Shown one piece after another: positions 10,201-21,894 of a stretch of 64,000 nt of DNA. The notes below the pieces were generated by a model, which made no database searches, was not told where the DNA came from, and saw nothing but the letters and a program-made list of their open reading frames with translations. The stretch spans positions 19,034,001 through 19,098,000 of the forward strand of contig JBHGNT010000001.1 of assembly GCA_043228905.1 (NCBI GenBank), in the 5' to 3' direction. How positions within the stretch are numbered: the first letter of the stretch is position 1; each line of letters opens with the position of its first letter. A program made the translations under genes and the position numbers. This DNA comes from Azolla caroliniana (taxonomy: Eukaryota > Plantae > Polypodiophyta).

Positions 10201-13200
10201 ATGGCATGGTGATGTCCGGGATACAATCCCTTAGCACTTTGTTCATTGTGTTCACCATGTGGGCTACCGAGTTCATCCCTCCTTGCGGAAGGGTACACAT
10301 CCGTACTAGGCCGAGAGGAGCCAGCATCGTCGTAATGTCCCTGCTCTCCACGGCTAGCTGAAACTGATCGTATCCCGAGTACAGATCACCGACCGAGTAA
10401 ATTGACCTTCCGGCGAAAGCCTCCGCAAACTCGTCTATGGTCGGTCCTATTCCTGCATTCTGAAAGGTCACCTTGTTGACCGGTTCCAGGTCCTGAATGA
10501 AGCGCAACGTGTCGTTCTTCTTGGGCACGGTAAACCGCCGATTAGAATACGGGGCACTCAATGGTTCGAGGATGCCCATATCCACCTTCTGTTTCAGCAG
10601 CTCCATCAGCTTCGGGATGTGAGCTCTGGGTACTGGAATCGGTTTGACATTCCACGGTACATGCGGTATTGTGAAGATCACCATCGGTTCCACAATCGTC
10701 GGGTCTACGCACCCGATCTCCTCCGGCGAGAATGCGAAGGCCTTTCCATGCCTCCCGAGCATTCTCCGAAACCGGTCCTCCTCCGCTGGTAGTAGAAAGC
10801 CACCCCCACCGACCTTGAGCTCTCGTAGCATTATGTCGGTGAACCGGTGTCCTATGCCGACTGGATCTCGTAAACTTGGGTCCGACACGACCCCTTTCAT
10901 CTGTAACTCGTTGCCCTCCAACAAGGGTGCCGCGACTAGCCTCATCTTCCGGTCCACAGTCTTGTACATCGTGTCCACTCGAGCCGTCCGATCCGACTCG
11001 AGTCCTCTACCAATGTCGGCAATGACTTCGTACATCTGTTCCGAACAGATCGTAATCGTCCGGTCTTCACTAAGGCTCTCTCCGAACACCTCCCGTAACA
11101 TATCAGAATCGTCTGGTGTTGTCGAAAGAGACCGCCTCCACGGCTCCGTTGATTTCCTCTCTGGGGCCGAGAACTCCGCATGCCCTGAGTCGCTCTTCTG
11201 CCCGCTTCTTCTCCCATCCGACAACACCAGTTATTGTACAACCTTCGCTGTTGGAGAACCAAAACTTCCTACCTATGGTACAAGTTTTATTCCCTATAGT
11301 ACATCTGTGGGGTTTTCTCGGGGTGTCCGGACTATCGCGGCGCCACGCCTTAATAGCCCTTTCTAAAAATACCCTCGGCTTTCGCCGCCGAGGGTCTCTC
11401 GGTTCTGTTCATGGTTCGGTCGTACCGTCAGAAACTGGACAAAGCGACACCCGTCCTGGCTCTTGACTTGTGCGTACGCCGAACCGGTTTCCAACACCGT
11501 CGTCTCCATTCGTGCCGCTGTGATGTACGGTTCCCCAAGTATCACCGGATGCGAGGATGCCTCCTACACAAAGAAGTGTTGATCGATCTCGACATCACCG
11601 ATTTTCACTCGTACATTCGGGCAGGCTCTGTGTAGCTCCTATGTGGCACGTGTCACCGCTCGTATTTTCCACCCGTGCTTGGTGTTGATCGGCCAGTTGC
11701 CCTTCTTATAAAAGTCCATGGACATCATGTTGATTTATGAACCGTGGTCTACCAACGCCACCACTGGCTCCTGGACATCTCCGATCTTAACGGGGGTCTC
11801 CGTAGTGGTTCTGGCCCAATGTAGCCTCGAATATTGGCTTTCCACCAACTCGTCTTCCAGGGCCATGTCTTCTAGGTGCGCCGTTCGCACCTCCACAGGC
11901 TTCTCCGGCTCCGGCTCTGTCGAAAGCCTTTTTCTGCTTCACCAAGTCTACGATGGAGTCGTGGAACTCCTTCTTGGCGATCCTGAGCACTTCCCTCAAT
12001 GACAGCTCCTCTTTGTTGTTGAGGATCTGTTCCTCCAGGAGCTTTCGTAGGTCCGTGGTCCTTTCGATCTCCGTGCTCAACCGGTAACCGGCCTTCTTGG
12101 CTTTATCCGGTGCGCCAGGTGCACCGGCGTCATTCTGCCTCAACCCGAACTGGGTCTCATACCGTTGTGAGGGTCCAGCCCCTCCAGTTTTTCCCGCACG
12201 CTCTCTTCCATCAAAACCTCGTAGTTCTGGCATGCGGCTTCTATGAAGCCCGTCTTTTCTTCGACCGGGTCATTCCACCCGGCTACCTCCCGGACCCGTC
12301 TTTCCGTGCGGTCCGCTTCCTCTTTTCTCAATCATACACTGGTGAGGCCTTCTAGCATCAACGGCCAAAACCCGGACTCCTTCGTCTTCCGAACTTCGTC
12401 GCTCCTGAGCCGGATTCCTACCGACGCCGAGTAGTGGATAGTCTCTGCGTGGCGAGCCGCTGCTTCTTCCATCAGCCGCTTCATTCCCCCTCGTCTGACA
12501 TTCAGTTCTAGGGCCCTCTTGGTTTCGCTAGCGTATACCCGCTCGTTCCATAGGTACACCACTTCCGTAGGAGGACCACTTGCTCCGGTCCCTCACGTCC
12601 ACCGATTTAACAAACAATAGGACACGACTTGTGTCTAGTACGGTCCGGTCCAGCGCCGAAAGACGCGCGAAGCGTTCTTCAAACTCTCGGAGGAGCACCG
12701 ACGCGTTTCTCCCATTTTTAGGGGTCTCCACCCATTCCATTAAGTCCCGCTTCGATAGCCGAAGCGCGTCATGAAGCCCGTATTTCTCAAGGAGCCGACC
12801 TTCAAACTCTTCCCAGGTATGGCTCTTAGCCTGTACCTCGAGCACCTCCGCATGGATGCCCGACATTGCCACCCGAGGGAATCCGACCAGTCGCCTGTCC
12901 TCCGGAATGTCCCTCATCACCATTTTGTCTTGGTAGGCCTCCAAATAGCTCGTGGCATCCTTTCCACCGAACCGGCCTATCGTGCCAAAGATCGCTTCAA
13001 TGGCCCTATCGAGGGCACCTGTGCCTTTGCATGCACTCACTATCCGATCCACATATGAAGCCATGGCTTCTGCAAGCTCCGATCCCCTCATCTTTCTATT
13101 CCCTTGCCGCCTTTTCACATCGGGTTCACCAATTATGTCGTGTTATTACGCACGTGCATGTAGAACAAGGCGGAACCACAGGGGTCTTGGACCGAGGAAC

Positions 13201-13778
13201 AAGACAGCAAGAGGGGAGTAAGAAAGACAACAGCCATGCTTCGCACACACACAAATACACAGAAACCGCAACTGATTGAAACAAGATGAATGTTTGTATG
13301 TATATATATATATCAGATGAAAGGGGTTACAACCGGCGGGCCGGTGAGCAACAAGCTCTAATGCCTACACGCACACACGCACACATATGCGAGATGGAGA
13401 CTCTGCCGGAAAAGCAGAGTCAGCCTCCCGAAAACCTGCACACCACAAATACAGAGAAAGACGGAGGAGAAGAGCTCGGTCCCAGTCCGACAACACTTTG
13501 TCCTCGACAAAAGCGATTTCTTTTGCGATTCCTCTCGCTCTCTTTTATAGCCCAAGGAGAGAGGTTGTTACAACCTGTTACATCATCTTTATTCTCTATC
13601 CTTTCGGATAGAGATATGCCTCGATTTCCTACCTATCAAATCCGTGTGACCTAGGATATTCACATCAGCCGATTTGTACCTAAATATGTACATTACAACA
13701 AAACTTATGCCCGCATGTAAGGGCCGGTTCGCACACATTATTCTCTGATTCCGCCTAGGGACGATTTTCTCCACGACA
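7258..13778 (-). mobile_element. Ty3/gypsy element C (tRNA-Trp primed), decayed
   Basis: 5' LTR 13136-13778 and truncated 3' LTR 7258-7844, with PPT at 7845-7858. PBS TGGTGAACCCGATGTGAA (13131-13114). gag, PR (ALVDHGS), RT (DLYSGYDQF, LPQGG.NS, FLDD), RH and INT fragments with many stops. Confidence 0.9.
13114..13131 (-). other. Primer binding site, tRNA-Trp
   Basis: 17/18 match to the complement of the plant tRNA-Trp 3' end (TGGTGAACCCGACGTGAA). Confidence 0.85.
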
Positions 13779-13952
13779 CCAGAAGGATTGCAAGTGATAT
13801 CCTTCAATCGGGTGGCCACGGATGAGCCACAAGAATGAATCCACAAGATACAGCAACAAAACCCAACATGGGGGGCCTTTGAAGAAGCTTTACGAGAGGC
13901 ATATGATTATGAGAGACCGAAGGGACAAGATCGGCGAGAGTTCGATGAATGG

Positions 13953-14804
13953 GTGGCATCGGAGAAGACCCACCGAAGTGCAACACAAGCATTCCTAGAG
14001 TTCGAGCATCATTTTGCTCGACTCTCGGAGAGGGAACAACGATTGGTGAGGGAGGATAAAGTCCTAATGTTCGTAAGATCGATTGATCGGAAAGAAAGGA
14101 TGGACATCGGGATCAAACTCAAAGATGATGACGGTGCAAATGGCCTTACCGCGGATTGGGCTGAAGTCGAAAGGGTATGCAAGAGACATGATGAGAGGAA
14201 GACGAGAATCTTGTCAAGAGCAACATGGCCCATGAGGGATGGTAGATTGAGGAAAAACGATGTGGCTGATACGAAGGTCGAAGTACGATTCGACGTTACC
14301 ACGGGAGAGGGTGTGGAACAAGGCATCCTCTTGTCTTGGAAAAGAATGACAGCCAAGGATAAGGTCGATGACTTGAGAGTGGTGAACACAACTTCAAGAA
14401 CGGAAGAAGGTTTCAAAATACAAGTATACGAAACATCGGATGAAAAAGGGGTAAGCATAATCGATGCTTGCATGATTGAGGGAGATAAAGAGTGCGAGGC
14501 GGACTTGATTGACGAGATTGCCACGAAAGATGACATTGAATCGGAGGTGGCTATGGACAAATCAATGGCGGATGGCCGTATGAAGACTTTCCCACCACTA
14601 GTTCTAGAGACTTTGGCGGTTGTGTCCGAGAAGCAACATGAGACCGGAGAGATGGGAGATGACGGCGAGGAAGGTAAAGTCGGAAGCCAGTTCAGATGGA
14701 AGATAATCTGTCCAAAATTCCGATCTAAACAAAAGCACGACAACGCGGAGGTCGGGTGTGCGTCGGGAGATGCGCTATGGCGCAAAACGGAACACGCACT
14801 ATGA
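13953..14804 (+). pseudogene. gag-derived ORF of element B (N-terminal part gag-like, then acidic unrelated sequence)
   Basis: FEHHFARLSEREQRLVREDKVLMFVRSID..NGLTADW matches the gag of C (FEERFARLSALDR..LLFVKSVD) and of G (NGLMTDW). Confidence 0.7.
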
Positions 14805-15707
14805 CGGAATACGAAGCATGCACTACGGCGAAAAATGAAGTGTACATTATCGCCGCATGTGGACTTAAGAGCAAGCACGTATTCAGAGGTCGACATCGAC
14901 ATGTGGGTAGAGCCTACGGAAGGCAAGCGCGGAACGAAGAGAGACAGCACGGCGAGATGCTCAGAACGAGGGGACAATTGAGCCAAAGGAGGAACGAAGG
15001 TGGCACGTGAGGGGCAGAATCCAGCATGCAATCGGAGTGACTGGGGTTGAATCTGTAAAAACCGATCAACCGAGTCTAAATCGGCCGAATACGAATCGGA
15101 ACGGAAGTCGATTCAACTGAAAGAAGATCGGACAAGACGGATTCAGAAATAAACTAATCCGACTCAACCGGAGGTTGAAGAGGTCAAGCAAGTGCATTAC
15201 AAAGGATGACAAGGACCAAGCGGGCCAAGCAAATTTGAAGGGTGTTACCAAGGATGAGATCTCGACAAAGGAGGGTTATAACATGAAGATTATCAACTCT
15301 AACGCGAGATTATATGACAAAGGTGGACAAAGTGGGAAGCATGGCACATGCACAAGACATGAAGGGTTATGCTCAAGAGGAGCACAAGGAGTCGTGACAA
15401 CCAGCCATGGCCATGCAAACAGTGAATTAAGACTATGGTGGATCGGATGGCGGCAATGGTTCGGGTGGAAAGAATGGATATGCTTAAAATGGAGGATAAA
15501 GTCGACATAGCGAGAGAAACGGAGCGTACTATGAGTAAAGGAGAATTACGAGAACTGGTGACGGGGCGGTGCTGGCAACCGGAAACCTGCAACCGAACAT
15601 AACCGACAACGAGACTAACAATCATCGACAACTTCGGCACATACCAAAGGATGTGCGGGTTTGGAGGGGGCAAGTGTCGTAGTGTAAATCACACACTATG
15701 AGAAAAT

Positions 15708-18700
15708 TGACAGGAACTATGCTCGGCCACAACCAAGCTTAGAATCAAACACAGAAAACGGGAATGAATGCACAACACAATGGAGAGAAGAGTACACAGG
15801 ATGTTTACGTGGAAAACCCAAACACGGGAAAAACCACGGCAGTCCACTAACTGCTAACTATCACTATGTAACAATATACAATAGATGAACACAGAGGCAA
15901 CGACCTCTTGTTCACTGTCTTCGCCACAGGCGGCGGTTACATTAGAGATACGAACTCTTCGTCTCTTTCTCTCTCTCTCTCTGTACACTATTACGCTCTA
16001 ATCTTGCGCCAACAAGAATGACAACAACACAGCAACACATACTAAGTTTGCCCTAAGTCATATTTATACTAATATGACTTTTCGCTTATTTACAAATATA
16101 GTCCCGATGGACTCTCAGAAAACATATTTACGAATATGTCCCTTCATCCGGTGAGCACTCCTCACCGGGCCTGCATCATCCGGCGCTTGCCGGGCACAAG
16201 TCATCCGGTTCTCACAGGGTCTTCGGTTGCCGGGTACTCCTCATCCGATTCTCACCGGGTCTTCCGTTGTCGGGTATTCCACATCACTGTTCTTTTCACT
16301 TCCCATGCGGAGGGACCTGTTTCCTAACAAACTCCCCCTTCACTCCGGCATGGGATGTCTTACTAGTCCGATCCTCTTCCGACATACATCCAGCTTGTCA
16401 GGTATCAGTACTTTGGTCAGCATATCTGACCCATTCTCGGCCCTGTGGATCTTCGTCAGCGCGAACTCCTCGTCATCTACTCTTTCCCGGATCAAGTGAT
16501 ACCTTCGCTGGATATGCTTCGTCCGGGAATGGTAGGCCGCATTCTTAGCAAGGTGGATGGCACTTTGACTGTCGCAATAGAGCCGGTATTCATCTTGCCG
16601 GATACCGAGCTCTCCGATGAAGTCCTTGATCCATAATATTTCCTTGCCGGCTTCCACAGCCGCCATGTACTCCGCCTCTGTGGTTGACAACGCAACCATC
16701 TTCTGCAGCCTCGACTGCCATGAAATAGCTCCCCCTGCATATGTCATCACATACCCGGATGTAGACTGGCTCGTATCCACATCAGCCGACATGTCCGAAT
16801 CGGTAAAACTGTCAAGTTGAGGTTTTCCAGAGCCGAATTGGAGACACATATTTGAAGTGCCCTTCAGGTACCGGAGTATCCATTTGACCGCGTTCCAGTG
16901 CTCCTTGCCGGGATTGCTCATAAACCGGCTCACCACTCCGATTGCGTATCCTTTATCTGGTCGGGTACACACCATTGCGTACATTAAGCTCCCGACGGCA
17001 AAGGCATATGGAACCTTCATCATATCAGCCTTCTCTACTTTCGTCTTCGGGCTTTGCTTACCGGATAATCTGCAGTTTGCTGGGAGTGTCGATATGACCG
17101 GTTTCGCTTCTAACATATTGAACCGCTGAAGCACCTTTGTCACGTATTTCTCATGTAACAGCCACAGTTGCTTCGTTGGCCGGTTCTGGATGATATGCAT
17201 CCCCAGCATCTATCTTGCCGGACCCAAGTCTTTCATCGCGAAAGTTCGGTTGAGAGCCTTCTTCAACATCCGTATTCTGGCTTGGTTCCATCCGACGATC
17301 AACATGTTGTCCACGTACAGAAGGAGTATTAGGAAGTCGCCTTCACCACGATCCTGGCTTTGTACCTCGGGGAGTTGCCGGCATCTCCCGGTTTCAACTT
17401 GTACACCCACTTGTTTCGGAGTGCAACTCAACCAATTCGTATGTATGGTTCTCATGCAGGGAATCCATCTCATCCTGCATGGTACTTAGCCATTTGCGGT
17501 TGTGGGTGTCATCCTTCGCTTCTTCGAAGCTTTCTGGCTCCCCCTCATCGGTTAGCAGCACATGCTCTGCATCCGGAAATCTCCAGGGGGGCCTTCTCTC
17601 TCTGAGAGGATATCTCTGTCTCTGGGCTTCGGTAACCGGCTCCTCCATTTGCTCTTCATCTGAATCCGATTCGGGGTCTTGGCCGGTTCCGGTTTCAGCT
17701 TCCGCTACTTCTTCTTCTGCCGGTTCGATATCCTCAGCGTAACCGGTTGGTTCCTCGAGTGCTAACCGGTCTCTTGCCGGTTGGGTCTGCTCATCGTAGA
17801 ATCGATCCTTACCGGTCGACTCAAGGTTCATTATCTTCTTCTCCGACTCCTAGTCAGCGAGCGTCTTGTTCTCCATGAAGATAATATCTCGACTCCGGAA
17901 TACCTTCTTGTCGACTAGGTCCCACACTCGGTAGCCGTACTCATCGTCACCGTAACCGAGGAATATGCATGGTCGGGTCTTCGGATCTAGTTTTCCTCTC
18001 CGGTCCTTAGCTACATGTACATACGCAAGACACTCGAATACGTTCAGATGCCGGTAGGACACTTCCTTACCGGTCCAGACTCTCTATGGCGTGTCTCCGT
18101 CCAAGGGTACTAAGGGTGATCTGTTTATCACATATGTCGCCGTCGACAGTGCCTCAGCCCAAAACTTCTTGGGTAGTTTTGCATGCGCCAGCATACTCCG
18201 GACCCTCTCCATTATGGTCTGGTTCATCCTCTCGGCCAGCCCGTTTAGTTCCGGCGTCTTCGGCACGGTAAGTTCGACCCGGATTCCCTTCGAGTGACAA
18301 TACTCCTCAAACTACCCCCGGTATTCACCTCCGTTATCTGCTCGAACCGCCTTTAGCTTCCGGCCGGTTTCTCTTTCCACTCTCGCGTGGAGCTCTTTGA
18401 AGACGGATAACACTTGATCCTTCGTCTTCAACGGTGTGGCCCACAGCTTCCGGTTGTGGTCATCTATGAACGTCACGAAGTACTGCGATCCGACATGTGA
18501 CTTCGTGTCCACTTGACATACATCAGTATGCACCAACTCCAGTGGTGCATTATGTATCATCGGTGGCCTCGATCGGAAGGAGGTCCGGTGTTGTTTACCG
18601 GCTAGACAATCAGTGCACTTCTCCAAGTGCACGTTCTTCACTAGAATGAAGTTGTCGTCTGCAAGCCTCTTCATCCCCTTCTCGCTCCTGTGACACAGCC

Positions 18701-20696
18701 TCTTGTGCCACAACTCACCGGCAGTGTCGTATGCCACGTTCACTTCTTCCGGGCATAATCGGGCATTCATCAGGTACAGCGTGTTGACCTTCCGAGCCCG
18801 AGCCACAATCAGGCTCCCTTTGCTGAACTTCATAACACCGTTCCGGATGCTACCCATGTAGCCTTCATCATCTAGCCAACCGGCTGATATCAGGCTCAGA
18901 CGAACCTCCGGAACGTGTCAGACATCCTTCAGCATCCAGTTGGCATTGTCAACCACACGTCTCCTATGCCGACAATTCGGCATGTACCTTCATTCCCTAT
19001 CCTGACACAGCCGTGATCACCGGCTGAGTAGGATGAGAAGCATTTCCGGTCCAGGGTAAGGTGGAACGACGCTCCGGAGTTGACCACCCAGGTCATCTCG
19101 TCGCTGGCAAGGTTTAGCTCACTCTCCTCAATGATGATCATCAACTCTTCTTCACCTGCCGCGATTGCCATCGTTCCCTTCCGGTCCGGCCCCCTCCGGT
19201 CTTTACCATTCCGGTCCGGTGTCTACTTCGAATCGGTACCGTCAGTTTCCTTGTCTTTTCGGAAGTGCCGACAGTTCTTCTGAAAGTGTCCCGGATTGCT
19301 GCAATAGAAGCAAGTAGGCCTCCCCCTTGACTTTGACCGTGTCCCCGACTTTTCCCGGTTCTGGGGGCTACAGTTCCTTTGTCTTCCGCATTCCGATTCG
19401 GTAAGGAGCGCTTTGGAGTCGGAGATCGTATCCTTATCTTTCCGACGCACCTCCTCATCTAGCAAGCTCGACTTCACTCTTGCTAGGGATAACCATTTCC
19501 CTTCCGGCCCGGCGTTGCCCAAAGTGACAACCAACGTCTCCCAGCTATCTGGGAGGGAACCGAGCAGGAGTAGCACTAGTACCTCATCGGCGAGAGGTAC
19601 TTCCAATGATGTTGCCTAGTGGATCAGCCCCTGGAAGGCATTCATGTGCTCCACCATGCTGGAGCCATCTTGGTACCGGAGTCTTACTAGCTTCCAAAAT
19701 ACCGAAACCTGATTAACAACATTTTTGTTTTGAAACATAATGCCGATCTTCTCCCAGAGCTCATGAGCCTTGCTCTCTTCATTGAAGTTGTTGTATAGAT
19801 TCATGTCGATGAAGCACCGTATGTACGCCGTTGTCTTCATATGCATCACCTCCCATATCATGGCGTCCATTTTGTCTGGTCTCTTGTCCCCGAACTGAAC
19901 CGGCAACTAAAGATCTTTAACCACGAGCATGTCCCTCATCTTCGACTTCCACACCGAATAGTTGGAGTCGTGAGCTTGAACATGCCTCCCAACGATTCGT
20001 CCATTTTCTGTGTCATTTCACTCTGATACCACTTTGATAGGAACTACACGCTCCGATGAACAACGCTCAGCCACAACCAAGCTTAGAATCAAACACAGAA
20101 AACGGGAATGAATGCACAACACAATGGAGAGAAGAGTACACAGGATGTTTACGTGGAAAACCCAAACACGGGAAAAACCACGGCAGTCCACTAACTGCTA
20201 ACTATCACTATGTAACAATATACAATAGATGAACACAGAGGCAACGACCTCTTGTTCACTGTCTTCGCCACAGGCGGCGGTTACAACAGAGATACAAACT
20301 CTTCGTCTCTTTCTCTCTCTCTCTCTCTCTCTCTGTACACTATTACGCTCTAATCTTGCGCCAACAAGAATGATAACAACACAGCAACACATACTAAGTT
20401 TTCCCTAAGTCATATTTATACTAATATGACTTTTAGGTTATTTACAAATATAGTCCCGATGGACTCTCAGAAAACATATTTACGAATATGTCCCTTCATC
20501 CGGTGAGCACTCCTCACCGGGCCTGCATCATCTGGGGCTTGCCAGGCACAAGTCATCCGGTTCTCACCGGGTCTTCCATTGCTGGGTCTTCCGTTGTCGG
20601 GTACTCCTCATCCGGTTCTCACCGGATCTTCCGTTGCCGGGTACTCCACATCACTGTTCTTTTCACTTCCCATCTGGAGGGACTTGTTTCCTAACA
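15708..20696 (-). mobile_element. Ty1/copia element D (Tnt1/Tork-like), both LTRs present, RT core deleted
   Basis: LTRs at 15708-16329 and 20035-20696. PBS TGGTATCAGAG (20031-20021) and PPT at 16330-16340. gag from 20004, then PR, GAG-pre-INT, INT and RT/RH (16340-17209). Imperfect TSD AAAAT/AAATT within LTR B. Confidence 0.92.
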
Positions 20697-20934
20697 AAAT
20701 TTGCATTTTTGGTCTCTCCGGATGGGACATGAAGAAGGCCGGTGAGAGTCGGTGAGAAACGGACGAAGAACACTCGGTAGGGAGAACCGGTGAGAACCGG
20801 ATGAAGGAGGGACCGACAAGGAGGAACCGGTAAGGAGGACTTGGTAAGAACCGGATCAAGCAGAACCAGCAAAAACCGGATAAAGAAGGCCGGTGAGAAT
20901 CTCTCACCGGATGAAGAGGCAAATTTGTAAATAG

Positions 20935-21024
20935 AAAAAAAGATTATTATGTGCATAGGGCAGGATTCAAAACATGTACCTCCACATAGACAAACCCCAA
21001 CCATACCATTACACTAACATATCA
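20935..21024 (-). ncRNA. tRNA-like Pol III unit in LTR B (copy 2, B box mutated)
   Basis: A box TAGTGTAATGG (21016-21006), B box GTTTTGAATCC (20973-20963) and T7 run (20941-20935). Confidence 0.45.
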
Positions 21025-21561
21025 TTAGTGTTAAAAATGTAGATGTCCCACAAAGAAAGGTAAGTTCACCCTAGGATAAACTTTAGTTAGAAGAAAACGC
21101 ATGATAAAAGAAAAAGCTACGCATGCACATGTAGCGTGCATGAACACTATAGTCGATAAAAACGTATCAAGTTAGAAAAAGCAAGTTCACTTTAGAAAAA
21201 GCATGTTAGATAAAGCGTATAGTCTATTGTTAGAGAAAAGCATGGATTATTAAGACTCTCTCATCACTATATAAGGATGGGGAGCACAATGTAATAGTTG
21301 TGTGAAATATTTGGAAATTGGATATATTTCTAAAAGACACCAATTTATATATTCGTGGTATTCACGAAATAAACTATACTCATGGGATTCACGAGATTTC
21401 TATATTCTTCTCTTTTAATCCAAATTCATATTCTTCTCTTAATATTAAGTAATCTAATACAATAGACTCGTGGGATTCACGAGGTTTCTATGTCTCTTTC
21501 TTATAATCTATTCATAACCAAACTCGTCTCAAATTCTTCCTCCTCCTAGTCCAAAACCCCA

Positions 21562-21681
21562 AGTAGTGTAATTCGCACACTACATGAAATTTGCATTTTT
21601 TGTTCCTCCGGATGGGACAAGGAGGAACCGGTAAGGAGGACTCGGTAAGGAGACCCGGTAAGAACCAGATCAAGCAGAACC
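21562..21681 (+). repeat. Additional 5' fragment of LTR B
   Basis: GTAGTGTAATTCGCACACTA..TTGCATTTT..CTCCGGATGGGA..ACCGGTAAG matches the LTR B start. Confidence 0.8.
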
Positions 21682-21894
21682 GTGAAATTCAAAACCGAAC
21701 CGAACTGAAACCGATAAACCGATAAGCTGCTAAACCGCTAAACCATGAAATTCAAAACCAAACCGAACTGAAACCAAACTGGATCATAATATTTGAAACC
21801 AAACCAAACGGTTTATTTTATCTTTAAACCAATAAACCGTTAAGCCATGGCTTAACGGTTTGGTTTGGTTTGAGCCGAAATCGTGCCATTGCTA
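21682..21894. mobile_element. hAT/MITE-like terminal fragment with AAACCG/AAACCA subterminal repeats
   Basis: Dense AAACC(G/A) motifs in both orientations, a 28-bp palindrome at 21834-21861 and an end reading TAGCAATGGC on the minus strand. Confidence 0.55.

Larger units (their letters stand above)
6888..21561 (+). mobile_element. Non-autonomous gypsy-lineage element B (gag remnant only), hosting elements C and D
   Basis: Partial 5' LTR at 6888-7257. Internal region 13779-15674 has gag-like ORF 13953-14804 and no pol. PPT GGAGGGGGCAAG lies before 15675. The 3' LTR is split into 15675-15707 and 20697-21561. A full LTR is defined by the solo copy 26263-26997. No TSD recoverable because of deletions. 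Confidence 0.7.

Noticed and set aside
14009-15031. 340-aa antisense ORF and similar antisense ORFs (10644-11366, 57064-57561)
   Set aside because: Ser/Leu/Phe-rich shadows of purine-rich sense strands with no recognisable domain.
15806-15840. ACGTGGAAAACCC..GGGAAAAACCACGG hairpin shared by D, H, J and solo LTR 57809
   Set aside because: A familiar conserved U5 motif of Tnt1/Tork-type copia LTRs; inherited, not novel.
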